A stretch of DNA of 64,000 nt from a bacterium (GTDB lineage Bacteria; Bdellovibrionota_B; Oligoflexia; Oligoflexales; RGVZ01), in NCBI GenBank assembly GCA_043757325.1, contig JAYVPO010000116.1:4157-68156 (forward strand). The letters run 5' to 3'. The notes beneath the pieces are model-generated. The model did not search any database, had not been told where the DNA came from, and worked only from the letters and a program-made list of their open reading frames with translations. Positions 37,321-45,486 of this stretch are shown here, one piece after another (positions within the stretch are counted from its first letter, which is position 1; each line of letters begins with the position of its first letter). The translations under genes were made by a program, and so were the position numbers.

Positions 37321-37759
37321 AAATAAACCTCCGAAAAAAATAAACGGCTTTGCGACCTTTGTTGCTATTTTAGGAGCCGTGGATCCAATGACACGAAAAA
37401 AATGGCTGGAAGCAGTGCGTATAAAAGAAGCATGGCTTGGAAAGTTATACGATAAATTCTCTTTTCAGTTTGAAGATCTTTCGCGGCTTGATGATCGGAG
37501 TCTTCAAAAACTTATCGCTAGCGTCGATGAGAAAAAATTGTTTTTAGCTTTTAAACTGGCGTCTGAGGACCTAAAAACAAGGATTTTTGAAAATATGTCG
37601 AAAAGCCGAAAAGACAATTTCGTGGAAGAAATGGCGCATTTTCCCAAAGTTCACAAACGTGAAGTGTATAAAGCTCAATTTTTTCTTGCCGACTTCGCTA
37701 AAACTCAGCTAGAACTTGGAAAATTTAGTTTCCGGATAGATTCGAAAAGTATACGGTAA
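37271..37759 (+). CDS. Stand-alone FliG C-terminal domain protein
   Basis: FQFEDLSRLDDRSLQKLIASVD..KL..AFK.ASEDLKTRIFENMSK.R....VEEM....V...EV..AQ; start uncertain. Confidence 0.85.
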   Translation: MNCYMCNQVKSTLNSTKNKPPKKINGFATFVAILGAVDPMTRKKWLEAVRIKEAWLGKLYDKFSFQFEDLSRLDDRSLQKLIASVDEKKLFLAFKLASEDLKTRIFENMSKSRKDNFVEEMAHFPKVHKREVYKAQFFLADFAKTQLELGKFSFRIDSKSIR

Positions 37760-37782
37760 TGTAATCAATATTTGGAGATAAA

Positions 37783-37974
37783 ATGATACCTTTTAGAGTT
37801 TACGACCGCGAAAAAAAAGAAATGTGGATTGTTTTAAACGAGCATAACGACGGCACCTACCTAGTGGCTCGAGAAGATGAATCAGAATCGGATGGGGACT
37901 TAAAATTAGTAAAAACCGCTGATATGTTGAAGTTTAAGTTGGTGGACTTTTTGGAAGAAGCTGAAGACTATTGA
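37783..37974 (+). CDS. Small acidic hypothetical protein
   Basis: GGAG RBS, 63 aa, coding-like composition. Confidence 0.7.
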   Translation: MIPFRVYDREKKEMWIVLNEHNDGTYLVAREDESESDGDLKLVKTADMLKFKLVDFLEEAEDY

Positions 37975-38019
37975 AAACCGGGAGTCAGGAAATTACAAGA
38001 CTCGCGGTTTGATAAACGA

Positions 38020-38292
38020 CTAGTTGACTGATTCTTTAAGTTCTTTACCTGGGCGAAAAACGGGAACGCGACGTGCTGGGATTTGGATTTCGGCTCCTGT
38101 TTGTGGATTGCGTCCGACGCGAGCGCTGCGATCCGAAACGGCAAAAGTGCCAAAGCCCACGATCTTCACGCCGTCTTTTTTGCGAATGTTTTTGCTAATC
38201 GTATCAATAAACGCATCGAGCATCGCTCCGGTGTCTGATTTCGTTGATTTTGTTAGCTTTGCTACTGTGTCAATAAGTTCTGCCTTATTCAT
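38020..38292 (-). CDS. hup: HU family DNA-binding protein
   Basis: MNKAELID, VGFGTF, RVGRNPQTG, PVFRPGKELKE. Confidence 0.97.
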   Translation of the reverse strand: MNKAELIDTVAKLTKSTKSDTGAMLDAFIDTISKNIRKKDGVKIVGFGTFAVSDRSARVGRNPQTGAEIQIPARRVPVFRPGKELKESVN

Positions 38293-38370
38293 GTACCCTC
38301 CTGAAATGTTTGAATTTTTAACGTTAATTTAAGGGTTACAGAGTCTAAAAAACTTGTCAAGATAGAAGGC

Positions 38371-38946
38371 ATGAAGAAACATTCTTTGTTCAATTTTATA
38401 TATTTTTATTTACACTTTATTTTTTTTGCGAACACAATTTTTGCTCTTGAATTTAAAGACCGTTTAGTCGTGAGCATCAAAAATATTTCCTATTCCCAGC
38501 GCCACGTTGAACTCTACATCTATATACGAGAAGCCCTGCGTGAAAAGCAACCAGATATTTCACATTTTAAAGCTATGGATCAGGCCATGTGGCATGACGC
38601 TTTGACCTTATTTATTAGCGATATTAAACTACTGCAAGAGCAGCAGCGATTGTCAGTTTACACTCCTCCCAAAAGGGGTCTAGTCAAGGCGCGCGAAAGG
38701 GTGGAAGAACGATTAAAAGACATTCCAGAATTTTCAACACGGATGAAGATTCTTACAGCCGATGATGAATCCACTCAGAAAATCCTGCAGCAAATCTTAA
38801 GCGTTGAATTTTTTCGCGAAACAAGGCTTAAAAAGAATCCAGCAGTGCTTACTCCGGAAGCGCCTGCGGAAGTGCAATCCGAAAATCTGTTTGTCCGACT
38901 ATATGATAGAGCGTTTGTTTATATTCCCATCTCCAATAGAAATTAA
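38371..38946 (+). CDS. Secreted protein, SurA N-terminal-like
   Basis: Signal peptide, DRLVVSIKN resembling the SurA N-terminus, helical remainder. Confidence 0.45.
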   Translation: MKKHSLFNFIYFYLHFIFFANTIFALEFKDRLVVSIKNISYSQRHVELYIYIREALREKQPDISHFKAMDQAMWHDALTLFISDIKLLQEQQRLSVYTPPKRGLVKARERVEERLKDIPEFSTRMKILTADDESTQKILQQILSVEFFRETRLKKNPAVLTPEAPAEVQSENLFVRLYDRAFVYIPISNRN

Positions 38947-38957
38947 GTGCAAATTAA

Positions 38958-39395
38958 GTGCAAAAGAAAATGTTCGAATTAGCCGAATGTCAAAGTCTGG
39001 TTAAAGACTTCTGCAACCTTTGGGGTGATTTATTCTGGTCTTATGATGAAATCGCGAAGACTGCGCAGATGTCGAGCTTGAAATTTTTTTTCTCCTTTTC
39101 TAAAAATTCTCCCGTGGGAATTTGTATCCTGCAGGATTGCTTAGAATTTTCTGACCTTCTTTTTATATATTCCGATCCAAGCTTTCGACGCAGTGGAGTT
39201 GGAGGGGTTCTGCTAAATGAAGTAACTCAAAGAAGATCCAAGGTTTTGCTAGAGGTAAGTTCTTCAAATTTAGCGGCTATAAATTTGTACGAGAAACATA
39301 ATTTTAAACTTTCTTCTACCCGGCCTCGGTACTATAAAAACGGCGACGATGCTCTGATATTTATTTTTACTAAAAACTTGCACCCAAATCCATAA
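38958..39395 (+). CDS. GNAT acetyltransferase, RimI-like
   Basis: PSFRRSGVG, LLEVSSSNLAAINLYEK, RPRYYKNGDDA. Confidence 0.85.
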   Translation: MQKKMFELAECQSLVKDFCNLWGDLFWSYDEIAKTAQMSSLKFFFSFSKNSPVGICILQDCLEFSDLLFIYSDPSFRRSGVGGVLLNEVTQRRSKVLLEVSSSNLAAINLYEKHNFKLSSTRPRYYKNGDDALIFIFTKNLHPNP

Positions 39396-40329
39396 GGCTC
39401 TGAAGAGATTTATGCTGAAATAAGCAGGAAAAAAGTCTCTCTAAACCGACGGCATTCCCACAAATTTGAGCGGTGGGATTTTTTTTCTCAAACAGTTCTA
39501 GGGTTTCTAGAAATAGCTTGTCTTCCGGCAGTGATTCATATCCTAGTGCCACCCGAGAGGAAGATGCCTGGGCGATAACTTCGCGATTAGCGCTGGCACT
39601 TAAAAGTTCATCGAAGCCATTACAGATCTCTACGCCGTTAAGGTAACATTCAAATCTATTAGCGCGTTGGTTGACGATTTTCGACAAAATTGCTTGCGAA
39701 CGCGGATAATCGTTTAAAATTGCGAACTTCTGCTTTTTTAAAAACGGCTCGAGTTTGTCGAGCATAATTTTAAAATAAGCTGTTTCAAAATCATCGTCTT
39801 TGTTTACAGATATTTCATTTTTCGCCGCGGCTTTTTTCGCCAGATCTGGATCGTTGTCGATTAATTCAATGCCGGCAATGTCCTTGAAAAGCTCAAAAAC
39901 CGAAAATGTAGAAACCTCTACTTGAAATACTTTTAAGAATTCTTGGTCTAATAATTTTACAAGGTTAACAAATCCAGCGATAAACTCTTTGTAGCTCACC
40001 GAATTCTGATAATATTCGAGCATCAAAAATTCCGGTCGGTGCCAAGGGCCCGTTTCATCCGAATGTGCTCCGCCATTTCTAAAGCACGGACTTATCTGAA
40101 ATAAATTCTTTTCGCCCTGAAAAATTAGGGTTTTCATCGCAAGTTCCGGGCTCGACCTTAAGAAAAGGTCTTTTTTTAAACGCCCGAATTGAGTTTTAAA
40201 ATACTGCAAGTGCACTTCGACGCCCGGAGCATCGACCAGAATCGGCGTAAAAGTTTCGTCAAAATTTCTGGCATAAAAATACTTGCGGACTTCTTGCAGA
40301 AATCGACTAAACAGCCTACGATCGGTCAA
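39370..40329 (-). CDS. epmA: EF-P lysine aminoacylase (EpmA/GenX/PoxA)
   Basis: SSPELAMK, FQISPCFRN, HRPEFLMLEYY, RFECYLNGVEICNGFDEL, AVGLERL; no anticodon-binding domain. Confidence 0.9.
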   Translation of the reverse strand: MTDRRLFSRFLQEVRKYFYARNFDETFTPILVDAPGVEVHLQYFKTQFGRLKKDLFLRSSPELAMKTLIFQGEKNLFQISPCFRNGGAHSDETGPWHRPEFLMLEYYQNSVSYKEFIAGFVNLVKLLDQEFLKVFQVEVSTFSVFELFKDIAGIELIDNDPDLAKKAAAKNEISVNKDDDFETAYFKIMLDKLEPFLKKQKFAILNDYPRSQAILSKIVNQRANRFECYLNGVEICNGFDELLSASANREVIAQASSSRVALGYESLPEDKLFLETLELFEKKNPTAQICGNAVGLERLFSCLFQHKSLQSLMDLGASF

Positions 40330-42869
40330 TTTTTCTTGGCCATAACGTGATGGTTATCTGCGCGATTAAGTTCCCTGCGTCGCTGGTGCATATTTTCCAA
40401 TCGATGCCGAATTATATCCAAAGCGGAATCCGGAATAAAGTCTTCGTCATAAATGGTTTCGGCGCCAAATGGAACCCCTGTGGCCAATTCAAAAACCTGC
40501 GCAAAAGTTGCTACCGGATAAATTTTTAGATAGCCACTCCGGATAGCGTCTTGGACAGTTCTGTGGAGCATAAGATTTTCGGTGTTTTGGTGTGGAATTA
40601 AAACACTATATTCATTTTCATTTCCGACTTTTTGCACCGTGCGAAAAAAACCTTCGATTTTTTCATTCACTCCACCAATCGGCTGGACCTCGCCAAACTG
40701 ACTCAAAGATCCTGTCATCGCAAGATTTTGCTTGATGGGAATTTTTGCCATTGCGCTTAAAATCGCTACGGCCTCGGTAATCGTCGCCGAGTCTCCATCG
40801 ATAATTCCATAAGACTGCTCAAAACACACACTTGCTGAAATTCCCAGTCCGCGCTCTCTTGCGAGCAGCGCATTGAGAAAGGCATTTAAAATATACATAC
40901 CTTTATCGTGAATCTTTCCGGAAAGTTTTGCGGCACGCTCAAGGTTAAATATGCCGTCACTGGAGGCACTTACGGTACATGTTACCCGGGAAACTTTTCC
41001 AAACGAATAATCCCCGAAATCATAAACCGCCAGACCATTTACTTGACCGATTTTGGCGCCGGAGAAATCTAAAATAATGTCCTTATTGGAAACACTTTCC
41101 AAAAGATGTTCTTCGTATAAATTGACCCGATAAAATTTTTGATCCAACGCCTCGTCCACATGCTCGCGCTTTACTATTTTGCTGCCTTTTTCGCGGGCCA
41201 CAAAATCGGCTTCAATAATAACGTCTTTAAGTTCTCCAAACTGAGTTGACAAGTGCCTTTGATCTTCTACAAGTCGCGAACTGTACTCAATGATCGACGA
41301 AACACCTGATTTATCGAATTGCAAAAGATTCTCTACACCGACTCGAGTGGCTACAAAATCCACGTAGCTGTCGATGTTAGGTTTGCTGCGTTCGGTTTTG
41401 TAGTCGAATTCGGCTTTAATTTTAAATATCTTCTGAAATTCTTCGTCGATATCAAACAGCACTCGGTAAATTTCATCACTACCAATTAAAATAACCTTTA
41501 CATCCAGAGGAATTGGCGTTGGGCGAAGGCCGCTGGTTGGTAAAAGGCTATACTGTTCTCCCATATCCTCAATAAAACCCAGTCGATTTTTTAAAACTCG
41601 CTTTAAAGTTTCCCAAATAGGTCCTGTTTTAAATACATCGGTTGCGTTTATCACCAAGTAACCGCCGGATGCCTTGTGAATCGCCCCGGCTTTGATCAGC
41701 GTAAAATCGGTTAAGTACATACCATGTTCGACGTTTTTTTCGATTTTTCCAAAAAGATTGTAATATGTCGGATTGGATTCAATAATTACTGGCGCACCTT
41801 TGGCATGAGTCTGGTCGACAAAAACATTAATCGCATATTTCCGAAATTTATCGCGCTCCTCGTTCCAATCGTACTCCGATTGTTGAACGGGCGGTTGCTC
41901 ATTTGGGGGTGTATCTTCTTGTTCGACGAAATCGAGTAAATTTTCCAAAATATCCGAGCGCACTTGTTCAAGATATTTAACAACTTCTGGGTTTTCTTTG
42001 TTTTCTTCGATGACCGAATCAAGATGCTGACTTGTAACCTGGCGGCCTAGCTCACTGCGAAGTTTTTCCACGTATTCGCGTGTTTCGAGCTCGATTGCGC
42101 GTACTCTTCTGGCAAAATCAAGAACTTCAGGTTCGATTTCAGAACGTTGCTCTTCAATATGTTCGCGCTGCACGTCGTTTAATTTTAAATAGTCTTTTTC
42201 TGAAAGTGGTCTGCCATCCACCACGGGAATGGTTTCGATACCCATCCGAGTGGATTTTATTTGGAAGTCTAAGTTCCTCGCCTTTTTTTCCAGGTCGTTG
42301 AACAGTTTGGTTTTTCGATCATTCGATGCCGAAAGGTAAGCGTTGACCGCGTTTTCGTAATCTTCACTTTGCAATGCGGAAGGGATTTCAGTTTTCAGAA
42401 TCTTTACAAAACCCTCCATGCGTTTTTTAAGCTTACGTCCTTCGCCAGGGTTCAAGCTAATCGCACGGGGGGCTTCCGGCGTTTCAAAATCATAGACATA
42501 CACCCAGTCTTGTGGAATGGGTGCGTCGAGGGACCATTTTTCAAGAAACGTTTTTATAACGCTGGTTTTTCCGGTGCCCGGAATCCCTGCAACATAAATA
42601 TTGTACCCAGGTTTTCTAATGCTTAGACCTAAGTTAATCGCTCTTACGGCACGGTCTTGCGAAATAATATCGTGTGTTTCTTCACGGGTTTTAGTGGTGG
42701 AAATTTTTAATTGATCTAGAGAGCAAACTTTATAACATTCTTCCAAACCTAATGGCTTGGGAAGAACACTTTGCGCCGGTCTCTTTTTTGGCTTTCTAGG
42801 TGTGGTTTTAAGTTTTGTGTTTGGTGATTTCTTGGATTTTAATTGGGTTTTCGGCTTGTTTTTTTGCAA
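40326..42869 (-). CDS. Lon-like AAA+ protease (AAA_32/LonC-type, S16)
   Basis: GIPGTGKT, NPTYYNLFGKIE, GAIHKASGGYL, DGDSAT (catalytic Ser), GGVNEKIEGF (catalytic Lys). Confidence 0.92.
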   Translation of the reverse strand: MQKNKPKTQLKSKKSPNTKLKTTPRKPKKRPAQSVLPKPLGLEECYKVCSLDQLKISTTKTREETHDIISQDRAVRAINLGLSIRKPGYNIYVAGIPGTGKTSVIKTFLEKWSLDAPIPQDWVYVYDFETPEAPRAISLNPGEGRKLKKRMEGFVKILKTEIPSALQSEDYENAVNAYLSASNDRKTKLFNDLEKKARNLDFQIKSTRMGIETIPVVDGRPLSEKDYLKLNDVQREHIEEQRSEIEPEVLDFARRVRAIELETREYVEKLRSELGRQVTSQHLDSVIEENKENPEVVKYLEQVRSDILENLLDFVEQEDTPPNEQPPVQQSEYDWNEERDKFRKYAINVFVDQTHAKGAPVIIESNPTYYNLFGKIEKNVEHGMYLTDFTLIKAGAIHKASGGYLVINATDVFKTGPIWETLKRVLKNRLGFIEDMGEQYSLLPTSGLRPTPIPLDVKVILIGSDEIYRVLFDIDEEFQKIFKIKAEFDYKTERSKPNIDSYVDFVATRVGVENLLQFDKSGVSSIIEYSSRLVEDQRHLSTQFGELKDVIIEADFVAREKGSKIVKREHVDEALDQKFYRVNLYEEHLLESVSNKDIILDFSGAKIGQVNGLAVYDFGDYSFGKVSRVTCTVSASSDGIFNLERAAKLSGKIHDKGMYILNAFLNALLARERGLGISASVCFEQSYGIIDGDSATITEAVAILSAMAKIPIKQNLAMTGSLSQFGEVQPIGGVNEKIEGFFRTVQKVGNENEYSVLIPHQNTENLMLHRTVQDAIRSGYLKIYPVATFAQVFELATGVPFGAETIYDEDFIPDSALDIIRHRLENMHQRRRELNRADNHHVMAKKN

Positions 42870-42891
42870 CGGTAAAATGTCCTACGTTCAC

Positions 42892-43545
42892 TTAAGGTAA
42901 ATAGATGTCTCCGACAGGTAGAGTTAACGCAGCCAGAGCACTGGTTACAATCTTACTTCCTGTACCATTTTTGTCAGCTGAAAAAACTTCACGATAAGTA
43001 TCCAGAAAATCCAAAGCGTCTTCGATAGCTTCTGGTCGGCCTGACTGCACGGCGGAATTTACCGCTTTGCGTAGCCACGTTCCAAGTTCGGCAAGGCTAG
43101 TATCTGTGCGTGATCCGTAACGAATACAGTCACCACAAAGGCCAATTAGTTGTTCGTGAGGGAGATTTTTATCATGCTGTCCCATCACGTAAACCAATGT
43201 GCGATAGGCCGTGCGATAGTCTTTTTGCATAAGAAAACTGCGAACTTTCTCTCGGGCCATTTTGTAAGCTCGAACAGCGGCGTCACGGTCTAATAATTGT
43301 TTGCGGTCACGTGCATCAAGTTGAGAAGACAAGCGATCTTTTAAAGATGCCGCTGCGGCCTTTGCTTCTTGCATAGTGATCGATTCGTTCACATCAAATT
43401 CGCGATTTAGCGAAGCTGAAATGGCGTCCACAGTGCGGGCCACACTTGATTTTGTCAAATCGGAAATCTGACAAAGTGACAGTGTCGACGAACCGGGCCA
43501 CTTCTCAACGATTTTCTCAAATGCAAGATAAAACGTCAGCATCAT
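42892..43545 (-). CDS. Hypothetical helical protein
   Basis: 217-aa ORF with AAGGAG RBS; co-oriented with the Lon-like gene. Confidence 0.75.
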   Translation of the reverse strand: MMLTFYLAFEKIVEKWPGSSTLSLCQISDLTKSSVARTVDAISASLNREFDVNESITMQEAKAAAASLKDRLSSQLDARDRKQLLDRDAAVRAYKMAREKVRSFLMQKDYRTAYRTLVYVMGQHDKNLPHEQLIGLCGDCIRYGSRTDTSLAELGTWLRKAVNSAVQSGRPEAIEDALDFLDTYREVFSADKNGTGSKIVTSALAALTLPVGDIYLP

Positions 43546-43752
43546 GATAGCACTCCTTCCTTGGCGTGTTTCAACTGCGCAAAAACGGTCTCATGGCAAA
43601 TCATTTACCAGAAAAACCTATTGTTAACTTTTCATTTGATCTTTTGTTTATCTATGGAAATTGTAAGAGGAGGGCAATACAAAAGTCAAAGAATAAATTC
43701 ATCGTTGCCGAAAATTTATTCTTTGACGTTCTAAAAAAAATAAGATGAGAAA

Positions 43753-43857
43753 TTAAACCGTTCGAAGCGACTTTCGTTTTGTCATCATTCGGCGTTTTTT
43801 ACTTCCGACTTTTCGTCGGCCTTTAGCATGTTTTCTGCGATGTCTCGATCCGTGCAC
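43753..43857 (-). CDS. 34-aa highly basic small protein (MHGSRHRRKHAKGRRKVGSKKRRMMTKRKSLRTV)
   Basis: GTG start 6 nt after AAGGA; 16 K/R, 3 H, no acidic residues; below the ORF-track length cutoff. Confidence 0.7.
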   Translation of the reverse strand: MHGSRHRRKHAKGRRKVGSKKRRMMTKRKSLRTV

Positions 43858-43987
43858 GATTAATCCTTTTGGAAAAATTAAAACTAGTTGTAGAACTTAC
43901 TTCATAATAAACCAATTTGGCAAGAGTTTTTGGACAGTCTATAATTAAGCAATTGGAAGATTGATAAGTAGGGATCTAAAAGGCCAA

Positions 43988-44209
43988 TTAAAAACGATTA
44001 AGTATCTTGGGAAGTGACGCAAGTACAACTCCGATTATTATCGACCATAGAATGGACTGCATGAAATATGTGTATATCATCAACAAAACGCCGCTCAGCA
44101 TAAAATTGAAATCCGATTGTTTTTTGCCGTAAACAAAATAAGCCATTCCGAGCGCCGAAAAGAGTATCGACACAACAATAGTACCAGGACTCAAACTTAA
44201 AAGTGACAT
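43988..44209 (-). CDS. Small membrane protein
   Basis: FSALGMAYFVYGKKQ motif, about 3 hydrophobic segments. Confidence 0.8.
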   Translation of the reverse strand: MSLLSLSPGTIVVSILFSALGMAYFVYGKKQSDFNFMLSGVLLMIYTYFMQSILWSIIIGVVLASLPKILNRF

Positions 44210-44276
44210 ACTGTGTAAGGGTACTGGGTTTGATAGTTCAAATCAACGGAATGTAAATTTATGGGAAAGATTTTTT

Positions 44277-44936
44277 GTGGGTCTCTGCAAATTGGACAAA
44301 GATTTATATTCGGTAGTTATTCTTTCCGAAGAAGTAACACTCGACTTGTCGGAACTTGAACATAATCTTTCCGATCAACAGCGGGCGTACTTTCAAACGT
44401 TCAAATCTGAAAAACGACAGATAGAATTTCTGCGCACACGTTGGCTTGTCAAAGAGATTTGCGGATATAATATGCCGTGGACACCGAGTTCGGAGCCCAG
44501 ATGGCCGGAGGGTTTGAAGGGGTCTTTGGCGCATAAAAATGGGCATATTTGTGCCGTAATAAGTAAAAGTAAAAAGATCTTAAGCTTGGGAGTTGATTTG
44601 GAATCCCTAGCAGGATTTAAGAGTCATTTGGCTGAAAAGTTCATGACAGTTGAAGAAAATCAAAAATTTACCGAAGGATGGGAAAAAGCGCTGATTTTTA
44701 CGGTTAAAGAAGCTCTTTTTAAAGCACAGTTTGTTTTAGGTAAAACATTTTTTGGATTCCAGGATGCTGAAGTTTTAAATATCGAAAAAACCGCCGCGGG
44801 TTTTAAAGGAACTGTAAAAAACAAAGTAGCCACATCATCTGTGACTGCGGCCGGCTATATTTCTGCTTTTGAAAGTTTTCATTCGATCGCAGAATGTAAT
44901 GATATTTTACTTACGGTTGTTTTTCTGACAGTATGA
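44277..44936 (+). CDS. 4'-phosphopantetheinyl transferase (EntD/Sfp type)
   Basis: KRQIEFL..R, PRWPEGLKGSLAH, LGVDLE, FTVKEALFKA. Confidence 0.9.
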   Translation: MGLCKLDKDLYSVVILSEEVTLDLSELEHNLSDQQRAYFQTFKSEKRQIEFLRTRWLVKEICGYNMPWTPSSEPRWPEGLKGSLAHKNGHICAVISKSKKILSLGVDLESLAGFKSHLAEKFMTVEENQKFTEGWEKALIFTVKEALFKAQFVLGKTFFGFQDAEVLNIEKTAAGFKGTVKNKVATSSVTAAGYISAFESFHSIAECNDILLTVVFLTV

Positions 44937-44975
44937 CCGTTACCTGATTTGGCAGAGGTATGAAGGAACAAATGT

Positions 44976-45413
44976 ATGACCGAAAATAGAATCCCTATCG
45001 TTTACGACGGCCTTGTGCGTGTGCGATTTAGCGATCTTGACTCCTACGGGCACTTAAGTGCATCGCATTATGTCGACATAGTAGGGAGTTCGCGTTTGTT
45101 TATTTTAGAAGATAAATCGGGGATCACCATGGCCCAACTTATGGAAAAAGGTATTGGATTTTACCTCAAACGCACCGTCATAAATTATCACCGTCCGGTT
45201 AAAGGGTTGGTTCACATTCGTCAGCAGTCTTATGTTTCACGGATTGCGGGATCAGAAATCGAAGTGGCTTTTAAAGTTTTGAGTGAAGACCAGAAAAAAG
45301 TCCATGCGGACGGTGAGTTGCATTATTTCAATGTGGATATTAGCAGCGGCAAACCGAGCCTCATCCAAGATTGGCTTCTTCAATACTTTTTTACCGATAA
45401 AGAACTGCCTTAA
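44976..45413 (+). CDS. Acyl-CoA thioesterase (4HBT/YbgC hotdog fold)
   Basis: VRFSDLDSYGHL, INYHRP, VDISSGKP. Confidence 0.88.
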   Translation: MTENRIPIVYDGLVRVRFSDLDSYGHLSASHYVDIVGSSRLFILEDKSGITMAQLMEKGIGFYLKRTVINYHRPVKGLVHIRQQSYVSRIAGSEIEVAFKVLSEDQKKVHADGELHYFNVDISSGKPSLIQDWLLQYFFTDKELP

Positions 45414-45486
45414 CTTTTAACCACTTTTCAGTAGCTGTTAACCTTAAATATGTGTTACACCCATTGCAAAATATAGAGGTTTAATC

